DNA from: a bacterium
GTDB lineage: Bacteria > UBP7 > UBA6624
Reading direction: 5' to 3'
Assembly (NCBI GenBank): GCA_002716355.1
Contig: PBAU01000002.1
Coordinates: 22,411 to 86,410, forward strand
DNA length: 64,000 nt
This document shows, piece by piece, positions 55,090 through 64,000 of the stretch. A program made the position numbers and the translations under genes. How positions within the stretch are numbered: the stretch's first letter is position 1; every line of letters begins with the position of its first letter. Below the pieces are notes generated by a model. That model ran no database searches, was not told where the DNA came from, and was given only the letters and a program-made list of their open reading frames with translations.

Positions 55090-55974
55090 ATGAAATTTAA
55101 ATTTTCAAGCTTTTTTATATTGTTAGTTTTAGTAGTTACCAGTTGTGCAAGGCCGCAGGATTCTGAAGGAAATGCCGCAGGAAGTAGTTCCTCGGGAAGC
55201 GAGCAAAGCATACAGGTGACAGGCTCTGACACCATGGTTAACTTAGGTCAAGCATGGGCTGAAGAATATACAAAAACGAACCCCAACGCATATATTGCTG
55301 TTGGTGGCGGAGGCTCTGGTGTTGGGATCGCTGCCTTGATGAATGGAACTGCTGATCTCGCAAATTCATCCAGAGCAATTAAGGACAAAGAGATCTCAAA
55401 GGCAAACGAACTTGGCTTCGGTATCAAGGAGTATATTGTTGGTTGGGATGGGCTTGCTGTTGTCGTTCACCCAGATAATCCAGTTAACCAATTGTCAATT
55501 TTGCAAATCGCAGAAATTTTTACTGCCAAAATTACAAACTGGAAAGAGGTTGGTGGTGATGATTTAGAGATTGTTTTGTTGTCACGAGAGGTAAATAGTG
55601 GAACACATGTTTACTTCAAAGAAAATGTCGTTGGATCTTTAGGTAAGGGTACTGAATTCAGCGAAGAGGCGTTATTGATGCCAAGTAGCCAAGCACTTGC
55701 TGATGAGGTAACAAATAATATTGGCGCAATTGGCTATTATGGCATGGGTTATTTGTCACCATCACAAAAGCCAATTGATGTATCTGTTGATGGGGTTGTT
55801 TTTGTTCCACCAACTATAGAAAATGTTCTTAATAAAACATATCCAATTGCGAGACCCCTACACATGTTTTCAAGAGATAACATTTCTGCAGCAGCAAAAG
55901 CTTATATTGAGTGGATAATGGGAGAGGGGGGCCAGGCTGTTGTTGCAGCACAGGATTTTGTCCCCTTGAGCTGA
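55090..55974 (+). CDS. pstS: Phosphate ABC transporter substrate-binding lipoprotein
   Basis: Lipobox VVTSC, then GSDTMVNLGQAWAEEY, GGGSGVG and SREVNSGTH. AGGAGGA lies upstream of the ATG. Confidence 0.9.
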   Translation: MKFKFSSFFILLVLVVTSCARPQDSEGNAAGSSSSGSEQSIQVTGSDTMVNLGQAWAEEYTKTNPNAYIAVGGGGSGVGIAALMNGTADLANSSRAIKDKEISKANELGFGIKEYIVGWDGLAVVVHPDNPVNQLSILQIAEIFTAKITNWKEVGGDDLEIVLLSREVNSGTHVYFKENVVGSLGKGTEFSEEALLMPSSQALADEVTNNIGAIGYYGMGYLSPSQKPIDVSVDGVVFVPPTIENVLNKTYPIARPLHMFSRDNISAAAKAYIEWIMGEGGQAVVAAQDFVPLS

Positions 55975-56005
55975 CTTTAGCCTGATTTGATTAAGATTTG
56001 AACTT

Positions 56006-56917
56006 GTGAAAAATATAAAATTAAAAAAGCATAAAACAGAGACTTTCAAACAGCCTCTGTCTGAAAAAATAACAGAGGCATGCTTGCGTTTTGCAGCATG
56101 GCTATGCATCTTTTTTATTGCCTGCATTCTTTATTTTTTAGTAAAAGAAAGTGGCGGGGTTTTTTTTAGTGACATTTTTACTATTACAGGTAAATTTTGG
56201 AGACCAATCAGTGAACCTCCAGATTTTGGTGTTTGGGTATTGCTTGCAGGCAGTTTGGCAGTAACGTTAACAGCATCTCTAATCGCAGTGCCCCTAGGGA
56301 TTTGTGCAGCTATTTTTATCGGCGAACTGCTGCCACAGAAATTTAGAGAATTTTTGAAAGTTATAGTTGAATTTCTAGCAGCAATACCAAGTGTTGTTAT
56401 TGGGTTCTTGGGCATGATTATTCTTGCACCATACATCAAGGAAGCTTTTGACCTAAAAACAGGCTTAACGGCTTTTTCGGCAGCATTGATGCTTGCATGG
56501 ATGGCAATGCCGACAATAGTCAGTTTAACTGAGGATGCTCTCAGAAGTGTACCTGATACTTTAAGAGATGGGGCTCTTGCTCTTGGTGCTACCAAATGGC
56601 AAATGATCACAAGGGTGCTTTTGCCAACAGCAAAACCAGGCATACTTGCTGCAGCAATGCTTGGTGTTGGAAGGGTGATAGGTGAAACAATGGCGGTTTT
56701 AATGATTAGTGGTAATTCTGCCAGGATACCAAGTAGCATCATGGAGCCAGTCAGAACTCTCACTGCAACAATTGCTGCAGAAATGGGAGAAACAGTCAAG
56801 GGCGATGAGCATTATCAAGCCCTTTTTGGCTTGGGTGTTGTTTTATTTATTATCACATTGCTAATTAATACTGCAGCAGATAGGTTTATTAATAAAAAAT
56901 ACACAGAAGAATCATGA
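56006..56917 (+). CDS. pstC: Phosphate ABC transporter permease PstC
   Basis: Polytopic permease with the EAA-type loop (DALRSVPDTLRDGALALGATKWQ). Confidence 0.9.
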   Translation: MKNIKLKKHKTETFKQPLSEKITEACLRFAAWLCIFFIACILYFLVKESGGVFFSDIFTITGKFWRPISEPPDFGVWVLLAGSLAVTLTASLIAVPLGICAAIFIGELLPQKFREFLKVIVEFLAAIPSVVIGFLGMIILAPYIKEAFDLKTGLTAFSAALMLAWMAMPTIVSLTEDALRSVPDTLRDGALALGATKWQMITRVLLPTAKPGILAAAMLGVGRVIGETMAVLMISGNSARIPSSIMEPVRTLTATIAAEMGETVKGDEHYQALFGLGVVLFIITLLINTAADRFINKKYTEES

Positions 56918-57774
56918 ACTTTAAAAAACAAAATCCAATCAACCAGCAAAAAAGGGCCACTTTTGGCTTGGGGCTTATAACAGCCATTGTGGTTATTCCG
57001 GTTTTATTGATACTAGGTGTTGTTTTTGTTAAGGGTATTTCAGTTATAGATTGGAACTTCCTGACCACTGAACCCACCAATGGTTTAAGAGAGGGCGGGG
57101 TTTTCCCGGCCATAGTTGGAACATTGATCCTGGTTGTTGGGGCCGTGGTTTGGAGTGTCCCTTTTGGTGTGGCTACTGCAATTTATCTTGTTGAATATTC
57201 TCCAAGAAGCCGAGCAGCTAACTTGGTTAGGTTAGCAATCTTAAATTTAGCAGGAGTCCCCAGTGTTGTTTACGGGTTGTTTGGCTTGGGGGTGTTTGTC
57301 ATAGCTTTAAAATTTGGCGCAAGCATTTTAGCGGGAACTTTAACCCTTGCTCTGATGGGTTTGCCAGTAATAGTCACATCAACTGCAGAAGCGTTAAAAG
57401 CTGTTCCTGATAGATTCAGAGAAGCAAGCTTGGCATTGGGTGCTAGCAAATGGCAAACAACTAGGCATGTTGTTCTTCCAAACTCCATACAGGGAATTTT
57501 GACCGGAATAATTTTAGAAATTAGTCGTGCTGGCGGAGAGACTGCACCAATTTTGTTCACTGTAGCAGCTTTTTATTTACCAAGATTGCCACAAAGTATC
57601 TTTGATCAGGTCATGGCGCTTCCAATGCATCTTTTTGCAATCTCAACACAGGTGCCTAACATAGGCTTGGATGTGAGATATGCAGTTGCCTTAACGTTGT
57701 TGTTTTTAGTTTTAGGCATCAATGCAGTTGCAATTTCCATAAGAGCAAAAATTAGGAAAAACAGAATATGGTAA
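56914..57774 (+). CDS. pstA: Phosphate ABC transporter permease PstA
   Basis: Polytopic permease with EALKAVPDRFREASLALGASKWQ. There is a 4-nt overlap with pstC. Confidence 0.9.
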   Translation: MNFKKQNPINQQKRATFGLGLITAIVVIPVLLILGVVFVKGISVIDWNFLTTEPTNGLREGGVFPAIVGTLILVVGAVVWSVPFGVATAIYLVEYSPRSRAANLVRLAILNLAGVPSVVYGLFGLGVFVIALKFGASILAGTLTLALMGLPVIVTSTAEALKAVPDRFREASLALGASKWQTTRHVVLPNSIQGILTGIILEISRAGGETAPILFTVAAFYLPRLPQSIFDQVMALPMHLFAISTQVPNIGLDVRYAVALTLLFLVLGINAVAISIRAKIRKNRIW

Positions 57775-58517
57775 AAGAAATCATTATTAAATCTTTGTCG
57801 GTTTCATATGGAAACAAACAGGCAATAAGAAATTTGTCTTTATCGGTTGAAAAAAATGAAATATTAGGAATCATTGGTCCTACTACTTCAGGAAAAACAA
57901 CCTTACTTACAGTTTTAAACAGAATGATCGACACAATACCGTCAGTTGCGATTTCCGGCAATGTTTCCATGGGTGATATTGATGTTTTGACAACACCAAA
58001 CATCCATAGTCTCAGGAGGTCTGTTGGGATGATTTTTGCCCTTCCGGTCGCTTTGCCCATGACTATTAGGGAAAATGTTGAATATGGCCCAAAGATGGCT
58101 GGAGAGGCAAAAGGAGAGTTGGAGACAAGGGTTAAAGAAAGTCTTGTGCAGGCTGGATTATGGGATGAGGTGCACGACAGGTTGGACACCCCGGCATTAA
58201 AGCTTTCAGGCGGCCAGCAACAAAGGCTTTGCATCGCAAGGGCTTTAGCATTAAAGCCAAAGGTTTTATTGCTTGATGAGCCTTGTTCGGGGCTTGATCC
58301 AATCTCAACATCCAGAATAGAGGATACACTGAGTCAATTAAAAAATGACATGACTATCATCTTGGTCACAAACAACCCCCATCAAGCTGCTCGTGTTGCT
58401 CATCGAACAGCTTTTATGCTTAAGGGCGAGCTTATCGAGCTTGCTGACACAGACACACTGTTCACAAATCCTGCAGACAATAGAACAAAAGAATACATTG
58501 AGGGTAAATTTGGATAA
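57768..58517 (+). CDS. PstB-like ATPase with substituted Q-loop and H-loop
   Basis: Walker A GPTTSGKTT, signature LSGGQQQRL and Walker B LLLDEP are all present. The Q-loop reads VGMIFALP (Gln to Ala) and the H-loop reads ILVTNNPHQAARV (TH to TN). Confidence 0.85.
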   Translation: MVKEIIIKSLSVSYGNKQAIRNLSLSVEKNEILGIIGPTTSGKTTLLTVLNRMIDTIPSVAISGNVSMGDIDVLTTPNIHSLRRSVGMIFALPVALPMTIRENVEYGPKMAGEAKGELETRVKESLVQAGLWDEVHDRLDTPALKLSGGQQQRLCIARALALKPKVLLLDEPCSGLDPISTSRIEDTLSQLKNDMTIILVTNNPHQAARVAHRTAFMLKGELIELADTDTLFTNPADNRTKEYIEGKFG

Positions 58518-59281
58518 TGGCAAAAACTCTAATTAAATCTGAAAAATTCAATTTGTGGTATGGTGACTTTCAAGCTTTAATTGATATAGATCTCGACATA
58601 CCAGAAAATCAAGTTACAGCTGTTGTGGGTCCTTCAGGATGCGGAAAAAGCACTTTTGTTCGTTGTATCAACAGGCTAAACGATCAAATAAACACAGTTA
58701 GCACCAAGGGTTCTATTTTTATTGATGGGACAGACATTTACCAATATACGGCTGATGAGGTTGTTGGGCTTAGGCGATCTGTCGGGATGGTTTTTCAGAG
58801 ACCCAACCCCTTTCCGCTTTCTGTTTTTGAAAACGTTGCTTTTGGCTTAAAGACAAACCCCATGGTTCCTGATCATCAAACCATAAAAAAGGAAGTCAAT
58901 AAAGCGCTGCAAGCGGTAGGTTTGCTTGAGGACCTAGACGGTAACCTTGCGAGACCAGGAACCAGTCTTTCCCTGGAACAGCAGCAAAGATTATGTATTG
59001 CAAGATGCCTGCCAACAAGGCCCAAAATATTGCTTATGGACGAACCTTGTTCAGCATTGGATCCAAGCGATACCGATAAGGTAGAGGAGCTCATAAGGGA
59101 ATTAAGGAAAGACTATACCGTTGTGATAGTGACCCACAACCTACAACAAGCTGGCAGAATTTCTGATCAATCTGTATTATTCCATTTGGGCAAAATTATT
59201 GAAGCAGCACCAACAGCAGATTTCTTCCAGAACCCGAAAGAAAAAAGAACAAGAGACTTTATTACAGGTCGTTATGGTTAG
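58517..59281 (+). CDS. pstB: Phosphate ABC transporter ATP-binding protein PstB (canonical catalytic motifs, altered signature motif)
   Basis: Walker A GPSGCGKST, Q-loop VGMVFQRPNPFP, Walker B LLMDEP and H-loop VIVTHNLQQAGR are canonical. The signature motif reads LSLEQQQRL instead of LSGGQ. Confidence 0.9.
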   Translation: MAKTLIKSEKFNLWYGDFQALIDIDLDIPENQVTAVVGPSGCGKSTFVRCINRLNDQINTVSTKGSIFIDGTDIYQYTADEVVGLRRSVGMVFQRPNPFPLSVFENVAFGLKTNPMVPDHQTIKKEVNKALQAVGLLEDLDGNLARPGTSLSLEQQQRLCIARCLPTRPKILLMDEPCSALDPSDTDKVEELIRELRKDYTVVIVTHNLQQAGRISDQSVLFHLGKIIEAAPTADFFQNPKEKRTRDFITGRYG

Positions 59282-59290
59282 GAGTTAAAT

Positions 59291-59938
59291 ATGACTAAAA
59301 GATTAACAAAACTTATTGATAAAATCAAAGTAAAAACCTTGGCAATGGCTCAAGATGTTTGCAAATCAATGGATGATGCAATGGAGGCAATTTTAAATTC
59401 TAGCGATGATAAATATCAAGCAATGAAACAACGAGAAGATAATATTGATTCGCTAGAAGTTGAGATCGAAGAATCCATACTTGGCACCATTGCTGTCCAT
59501 CAACCTGTTGCAGATGATTTAAGAATTCTTGCAGCAATGTTGAAGATTACAAATGACTTAGAAAGAATTGGTGATTATGCGATCAAAATTGCTCAAAGGG
59601 GCAAGGATATTGACGCCAACTTGATCAAGAGCATCAAAGCTCCTTTGTCTAAATTGGGAACATCTTCAATCCAGATGATTAAAGATGCAGTACAGGCTTT
59701 AGACGCAGGAGATGCAGATTTAGCCCAGAAGGTTAGAGATGCTGATGACCAGGTGGATGAGCTTAACAAATCCCTCATAAAGGAATTATCCAAAATCGAT
59801 GATGATGACTTTGAGTCCTTGGTCGCACTGGTTTCAATATCCAGAAGATTCGAAAGAGCTGCTGATCATGCAACAAACATAGCAGAAGATGTTTTGTTCT
59901 GGCTTGAAGGCAGGATATTCAGACACGGTGAAACCTAA
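59291..59938 (+). CDS. phoU: Phosphate signalling complex protein PhoU
   Basis: 215 aa with two PhoU repeats (TNDLERIGDYAIKIAQ; SRRFERAADHATNIAEDVLFWLEG). Confidence 0.9.
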   Translation: MTKRLTKLIDKIKVKTLAMAQDVCKSMDDAMEAILNSSDDKYQAMKQREDNIDSLEVEIEESILGTIAVHQPVADDLRILAAMLKITNDLERIGDYAIKIAQRGKDIDANLIKSIKAPLSKLGTSSIQMIKDAVQALDAGDADLAQKVRDADDQVDELNKSLIKELSKIDDDDFESLVALVSISRRFERAADHATNIAEDVLFWLEGRIFRHGET

Positions 59939-59966
59939 ACCAGCACTTGGGCATAAAATTGCCTAA

Positions 59967-60854
59967 GTGAAAAAAGTTCGTTATTTTCAAAGACCATCAG
60001 AGTATTGGAAGGATCATGTTTTCCCAATGCGAAAAATGGATTTGTTGAAAAAACGTATCGAAGAATCGTTTTCAATTGATTTTGTTGAGCCTGACAGTTT
60101 GCCAGAAGGTTCAATTGCACTCACGCATCACCGCAATTTTATAAATCGTATACATTCATATTTTGATAACCCCGAAGCTTCTTATGGTGAGTTTGAAGCA
60201 AGATGTGACAGTTGGGTTTTTGAGAACGAATGCAAGGCGGTTGCCGGCACTTTGTCTGCATGCAGGGATGCCTTGCTGCAGGGTTGGGGTTTTAATATTG
60301 GCGGCGGATTGCACCATTCTTTCCCTGATCATGGAGAGGGTTTCTGTATCATTAACGATATTGCAATTTCAATTAACCAACTTATCAAAGAGGGCAATAT
60401 CCATAATGCAGCTGTAGTCGATCTTGACGTGCATCAAGGCAATGGTACTGCTGTTTGTTTCCAAAATAGCCCAAATGTAAAAACAATCTCATTGCATCAA
60501 CAGCATAATTATCCATCCTGGAAACCTAAATCAGATTTAGACATTGGTTTAGACGACGGAACAGGTGATAGCGCTTATTTGCAGCATCTATCAACTGCAC
60601 TTGATTGGCTTTCAACACAAGATAAACCTGACTTGGTTTTATTTTTGGCAGGTGCTGACCCTTATCGAAAAGACCAGCTTGGAGGGCTTGCGCTCACAAA
60701 AGCGGGCTTAAGCTCAAGAGATAGGCTTGTAATAGAGTGGTGCAAAAATAAAAATTGCCCAGTAGCGATTGTTTTGGCTGGTGGCTACGCTAAGGATGTA
60801 AATGACGTTGTTGATATACACTTTAATACATTCAAATGTTTAATGGAGGTTTAA
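59967..60854 (+). CDS. Histone deacetylase-family (arginase-fold) deacetylase
   Basis: Contains GGGLHHSFPDHGEGFCIINDIAI and DLDVHQGNGT. Confidence 0.8.
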   Translation: MKKVRYFQRPSEYWKDHVFPMRKMDLLKKRIEESFSIDFVEPDSLPEGSIALTHHRNFINRIHSYFDNPEASYGEFEARCDSWVFENECKAVAGTLSACRDALLQGWGFNIGGGLHHSFPDHGEGFCIINDIAISINQLIKEGNIHNAAVVDLDVHQGNGTAVCFQNSPNVKTISLHQQHNYPSWKPKSDLDIGLDDGTGDSAYLQHLSTALDWLSTQDKPDLVLFLAGADPYRKDQLGGLALTKAGLSSRDRLVIEWCKNKNCPVAIVLAGGYAKDVNDVVDIHFNTFKCLMEV

Positions 60855-60855
60855 G

Positions 60856-61683
60856 GTGATGTTGTTAGGTTTGTTATTTATATCTAATCTTTTTAATTCA
60901 GACTGCACAGATGCAGAAAAATCCTTTAGGGGTTATTTAGCACATGAGTCAAAAAGCGAAATCACGATAGATGGAAAGTTGGATGATCTCTCATGGAGAA
61001 AAGCACTATGGTCGGATTGTTTTGTAGACATAGAGGGATCACTTCAGCCTAATCCAAAATATAAAACGAGATTAAAAATGTTATGGGATGAGAATTACTT
61101 TTACATCGCTGCACTAATGGAGGATCCTCATATTTGGGCCGTAAGCACAGAACGAGATTCTTATATTTGGCAAAATGAAGGGGATTTTGAGGTTTTTATA
61201 GATCCCGACAGTAATTCTTTGGACTATATTGAAATTGAAATTAACGCCATGGGAACAGAATGGGATCTTCTTATGGATAAACCGTATAGCGAAGGTGGCG
61301 TTAATGATGATAGTTGGGATATTCAAGGCCTTAAATCAGCAGTTACTATTGATGGAACCTTAAACAACCCTGAAGATATAGATAAAAAATGGATAGTTGA
61401 AATTGCAATTCCCTGGAAAGGTATAAACCAAACCGCAAATGTTTCTATGCCGCCAAAAAATAATGATTCTTGGAGAATTAATTTTTCTAGAGTATGGTGG
61501 GATCACGAAGTGATTGATGGCCGTTATGTCAAGATTGGAGAGGCTTTTGAAGGCCTGGAGTCAAATTGGGTTTGGTCTGCACAGGGTGTGATCAATATGC
61601 ATGATCCTAGCCTTTGGGGCTTTGTAACTTTTAAAAAATTTGAAAAATCTCAAAATCGCATACTTGATTTTTTGTCTAGGTGA
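60856..61683 (+). CDS. Carbohydrate-binding family 9-like exported protein
   Basis: ITIDGKLDDLSWRKA...MLWDENYFYIAALMEDPHIWA...DFEVFIDPD...YIEIEINAMGTEWDL is typical of the CBM9-like fold. There is an N-terminal hydrophobic leader. Confidence 0.55.
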   Translation: MMLLGLLFISNLFNSDCTDAEKSFRGYLAHESKSEITIDGKLDDLSWRKALWSDCFVDIEGSLQPNPKYKTRLKMLWDENYFYIAALMEDPHIWAVSTERDSYIWQNEGDFEVFIDPDSNSLDYIEIEINAMGTEWDLLMDKPYSEGGVNDDSWDIQGLKSAVTIDGTLNNPEDIDKKWIVEIAIPWKGINQTANVSMPPKNNDSWRINFSRVWWDHEVIDGRYVKIGEAFEGLESNWVWSAQGVINMHDPSLWGFVTFKKFEKSQNRILDFLSR

Positions 61684-61688
61684 ATTGA

Positions 61689-63626
61689 ATGAATGCTGGT
61701 CCTCTTGATTGGTTGATCATATTTGTCACTTGGGGTATTTTGGTTTTATCGGTTCCAATTGCCAAAAAATACATGAGGAGCGTTGCTGACTACCTTTCTG
61801 CAGGAAGATCGGCAGGCAGATATATTTTATCTGTTGCTCAAGGTATAGCTGCGCTTGGTGCAATTTCTGTTGTAGCGATGATGGAACAGAATTATGTTGC
61901 CGGTTTTTCAATGTCTTGGTGGGGGCTAACTATGAATCTTGTTGTTCTCGCTGTCACCGCTTCAGGTTGGGTCATTTATCGTTTTAGGGAAACCAGGTGT
62001 TTAACATTAGCAGAATTTTTTGAACGAAGATACAGTAAAAAATTTCGTATTTTTTCAGGGCTTATAGCTTTCATTTCCGGAATTGTTAATTTCGGAATCT
62101 TCCCCGCAGTTGGAGCAAGGTTCTTTTTGAATTATCTTGGATTGCCAGGGCATCTCAGCCTGCTTGGCTTTGATATCCCCACTTTTGCAATCCTGATGCT
62201 TTTTCTTCTTGGGACATCTTTGTATTTTGTTTTTTCTGGAGGGCATGTTGCAGTCACAATTGCAGATTTCATCCAAGGGGTCTTCAGCAACGTGGTTTTC
62301 ATTTGGATGATTTTGTTTTTCTTATTTAATGTTTCCTGGGATCAGATTTTTTATTCATTAAATCAGGCACCAGAAAATGCATCATTGATCAACCCATTTA
62401 AAACAAGCCAGGTCGAGGATTTTAACCTAGGCTTCTTTTTGATTGGTATATTGATTTACATTTATGGAACCATGTCTTGGCAAGGTACGCAAGCGTATAA
62501 CGCCTCGGCCAAAAACGCACATGAAGCTAAAATGGGCAGCCTGTTAGGAAATTGGCGAAATATCCCCCAAAATCTTTTCATGCTTTTCATACCAATAATT
62601 GCATATACCGTTTTGCATCATCCGGACTTTAGCCTTCAGGCCGATTTTGTAAATTCAACCTTATCTAATGAGGAAAACAATGCAGTTGTGAATCAATTAA
62701 GAGTTCCTGCTGTATTGATATCAATGCTACCTCCTGGTCTAATGGGGGCTTTTGCCGCAGTGATGTTGGCTGCTTTTATTAGCACTCATGACACTTACCT
62801 TCACTCATGGGGTAGCATCTTTGTTCAAGATGTATACATGCCCTTTCAAAAGAAACCTTTAACCCAAGAAAAACATTTAAAGATTTTAAAGTGGTCCACG
62901 ATCGGTGTCGCTATTTTCATATTCATCTTTTCACTAATCTTTCAACAGAGTGAATACATCCTTTTGTTTTTTGCAATTACTGGTGCTATCTTCTTTGGTG
63001 GGTCCGGAGCTGTTCTGATAGGTGGTCTTTATTGGAACAAAGGCACAACCAAGGGAGCATGGTGGGCAATGTCATTAGGTGCGTCGCTATCAGTTTTCGG
63101 CATCTTCGGTGAAAGGTACATTGAGGCTTGGCCTGACTGGTTGAATGGGCAGGTTATGACGGGTATTGTTATTTTGTGCTGTATTGTCACATATGTGCTT
63201 GTGTCTTTAAACTCAAAACAAGCCGGTATAGATTTAAATAAACTTCTTTATAGAGGAAAACATGAAACAGAAAAAGAAAAAAAATTAATACAATTGCAAG
63301 TTCCGAGAGGGCTAAAAGCAATAGGCATCACTGAAGAGTTTACAAAATCTGATCGACGACTTTACTATATTACTTATACCTGGGTTATTGGTTGGTTCCT
63401 GACATTTCTAATTGGAACAATATATAACTTAAACAAGACTGTAGTCGATGATAGCTGGATTGCCTTTTGGAAGACTTATATGTGGATAAATGTTGTTGTA
63501 GCTATATTGGTTACGATTTGGTTTACATACAATGGTTTTAATGATCTAAAAGGCATGTTGAAGGAATTGAAAAGAAAAAAGATAGACATTAAGGATAACG
63601 GTTTTATTTCAGATGACAACATTTAA
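61689..63626 (+). CDS. Sodium:solute symporter family transporter
   Basis: 645 aa with 13 or more hydrophobic segments and an SSF-like region (GGSGAVLIGGLYWNKGTTKGAWWAM). Confidence 0.6.
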   Translation: MNAGPLDWLIIFVTWGILVLSVPIAKKYMRSVADYLSAGRSAGRYILSVAQGIAALGAISVVAMMEQNYVAGFSMSWWGLTMNLVVLAVTASGWVIYRFRETRCLTLAEFFERRYSKKFRIFSGLIAFISGIVNFGIFPAVGARFFLNYLGLPGHLSLLGFDIPTFAILMLFLLGTSLYFVFSGGHVAVTIADFIQGVFSNVVFIWMILFFLFNVSWDQIFYSLNQAPENASLINPFKTSQVEDFNLGFFLIGILIYIYGTMSWQGTQAYNASAKNAHEAKMGSLLGNWRNIPQNLFMLFIPIIAYTVLHHPDFSLQADFVNSTLSNEENNAVVNQLRVPAVLISMLPPGLMGAFAAVMLAAFISTHDTYLHSWGSIFVQDVYMPFQKKPLTQEKHLKILKWSTIGVAIFIFIFSLIFQQSEYILLFFAITGAIFFGGSGAVLIGGLYWNKGTTKGAWWAMSLGASLSVFGIFGERYIEAWPDWLNGQVMTGIVILCCIVTYVLVSLNSKQAGIDLNKLLYRGKHETEKEKKLIQLQVPRGLKAIGITEEFTKSDRRLYYITYTWVIGWFLTFLIGTIYNLNKTVVDDSWIAFWKTYMWINVVVAILVTIWFTYNGFNDLKGMLKELKRKKIDIKDNGFISDDNI

Positions 63627-64000
63627 CAGATATTCAAAAAATCCAATCATTACAAGGAAAGATATACCTTTAAGTTGCACAAATGGAATTGAATCAAGTT
63701 CGGTTTTCAACCCAGGTGCAATTCTTGACAATGGTGTTTTTCATTTGTTGTTAAGGGTGCAAAGCAGGCAAAGAAAAACTTTCTTAACCCACTGCTCAAG
63801 CACAAATGGGCATGACTTTACTGTTGATGCTCAGTCTGTGAAAATCAACGGGATTAATGAATTGGGCTTCGAGATTTTCCACGTTTACGACCCTAGGATT
63901 GTCAAAATTGAGGATGTTTTTTTGGTTTCAGCCGCAGTTGATGTTGAAGAGGGGTGCAGAACAGCAATTTTTTCAACTAAAGATTTCAAAGAGATGGATT
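63613..64000 (+). CDS. Glycoside hydrolase family 130-like protein (3' end outside the window)
   Basis: Open-ended frame from the ATG at 63613, so it is absent from the ORF track. MTTFNRYSKNPIITRKDIP...SVFNPGAILDNGVFHLLLRVQ matches the GH130 N-terminal pattern (NPil...d.p...vfNpga...g.f.ll.Rv). Confidence 0.6.
   Translation, partial: MTTFNRYSKNPIITRKDIPLSCTNGIESSSVFNPGAILDNGVFHLLLRVQSRQRKTFLTHCSSTNGHDFTVDAQSVKINGINELGFEIFHVYDPRIVKIEDVFLVSAAVDVEEGCRTAIFSTKDFKEMD

Noticed and set aside
56131-58234. 222-aa and 160-aa minus-strand ORFs (56131-56799 and 57752-58234).
   Set aside because: They are antisense to pstC and to pstA/pstB, whose identities are unambiguous. They are shadow ORFs.
1-64000. 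CRISPR arrays, large inverted or direct repeats, rRNA genes, and an alternative genetic code.
   Set aside because: I saw no repeat-spacer periodicity. The only tandem repeat found is the 12-bp x3 unit in E2. There are no rRNA-like stretches. Long ORFs terminate normally with TAA, TAG or TGA under the standard bacterial code.

Overview
AT-rich, very gene-dense bacterial chromosomal segment with about 70 genes, many separated by 1-20 nt or overlapping. I saw no transposase, integrase, prophage or CRISPR array. Most of the window is housekeeping. It holds origin-proximal markers (rpmH-rnpA-yidD-yidC on the + strand; dnaA-dnaN-DUF721-x-gyrB on the - strand) and three tRNAs (two tRNA-Arg, one tRNA-Leu). 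It also holds lipB-lipA followed by a 2-oxoacid dehydrogenase E1a/E1b/E2/E3 set and tatA-tatC. Carbon metabolism genes include two thiolases, hbd, a LeuA-family synthase and an orphan LeuC-like subunit. Further right are hutI/hutU with M32 and M24 peptidases, an ECF sigma/anti-sigma module flanked by lipoproteins, a complete pst locus, and an HDAC/CBM9/SSF/GH130 cluster at the right edge. An SLH-domain outer-membrane porin suggests a diderm whose outer membrane is tethered through SLH domains (inference). Three observations stand out. (1) A tightly coupled four-gene operon at 28604-33619 is colinear with an HdrA-MvhD plus Flx/sulfhydrogenase(AsrAB)-type flavin/iron-sulfur module. Almost every Fe-S cysteine ligand in it is substituted, while the Fe-S enzymes LipA and LeuC in the same window keep theirs. 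(2) A PhoU domain is fused to a PhoB/OmpR-type winged-helix DNA-binding domain with no receiver domain, directly upstream of pstS. (3) Two tandem PstB ATPases carry complementary motif degeneracy, which predicts one dead and one consensus ATP site. All family assignments come from reading motifs by eye; no database search was possible.
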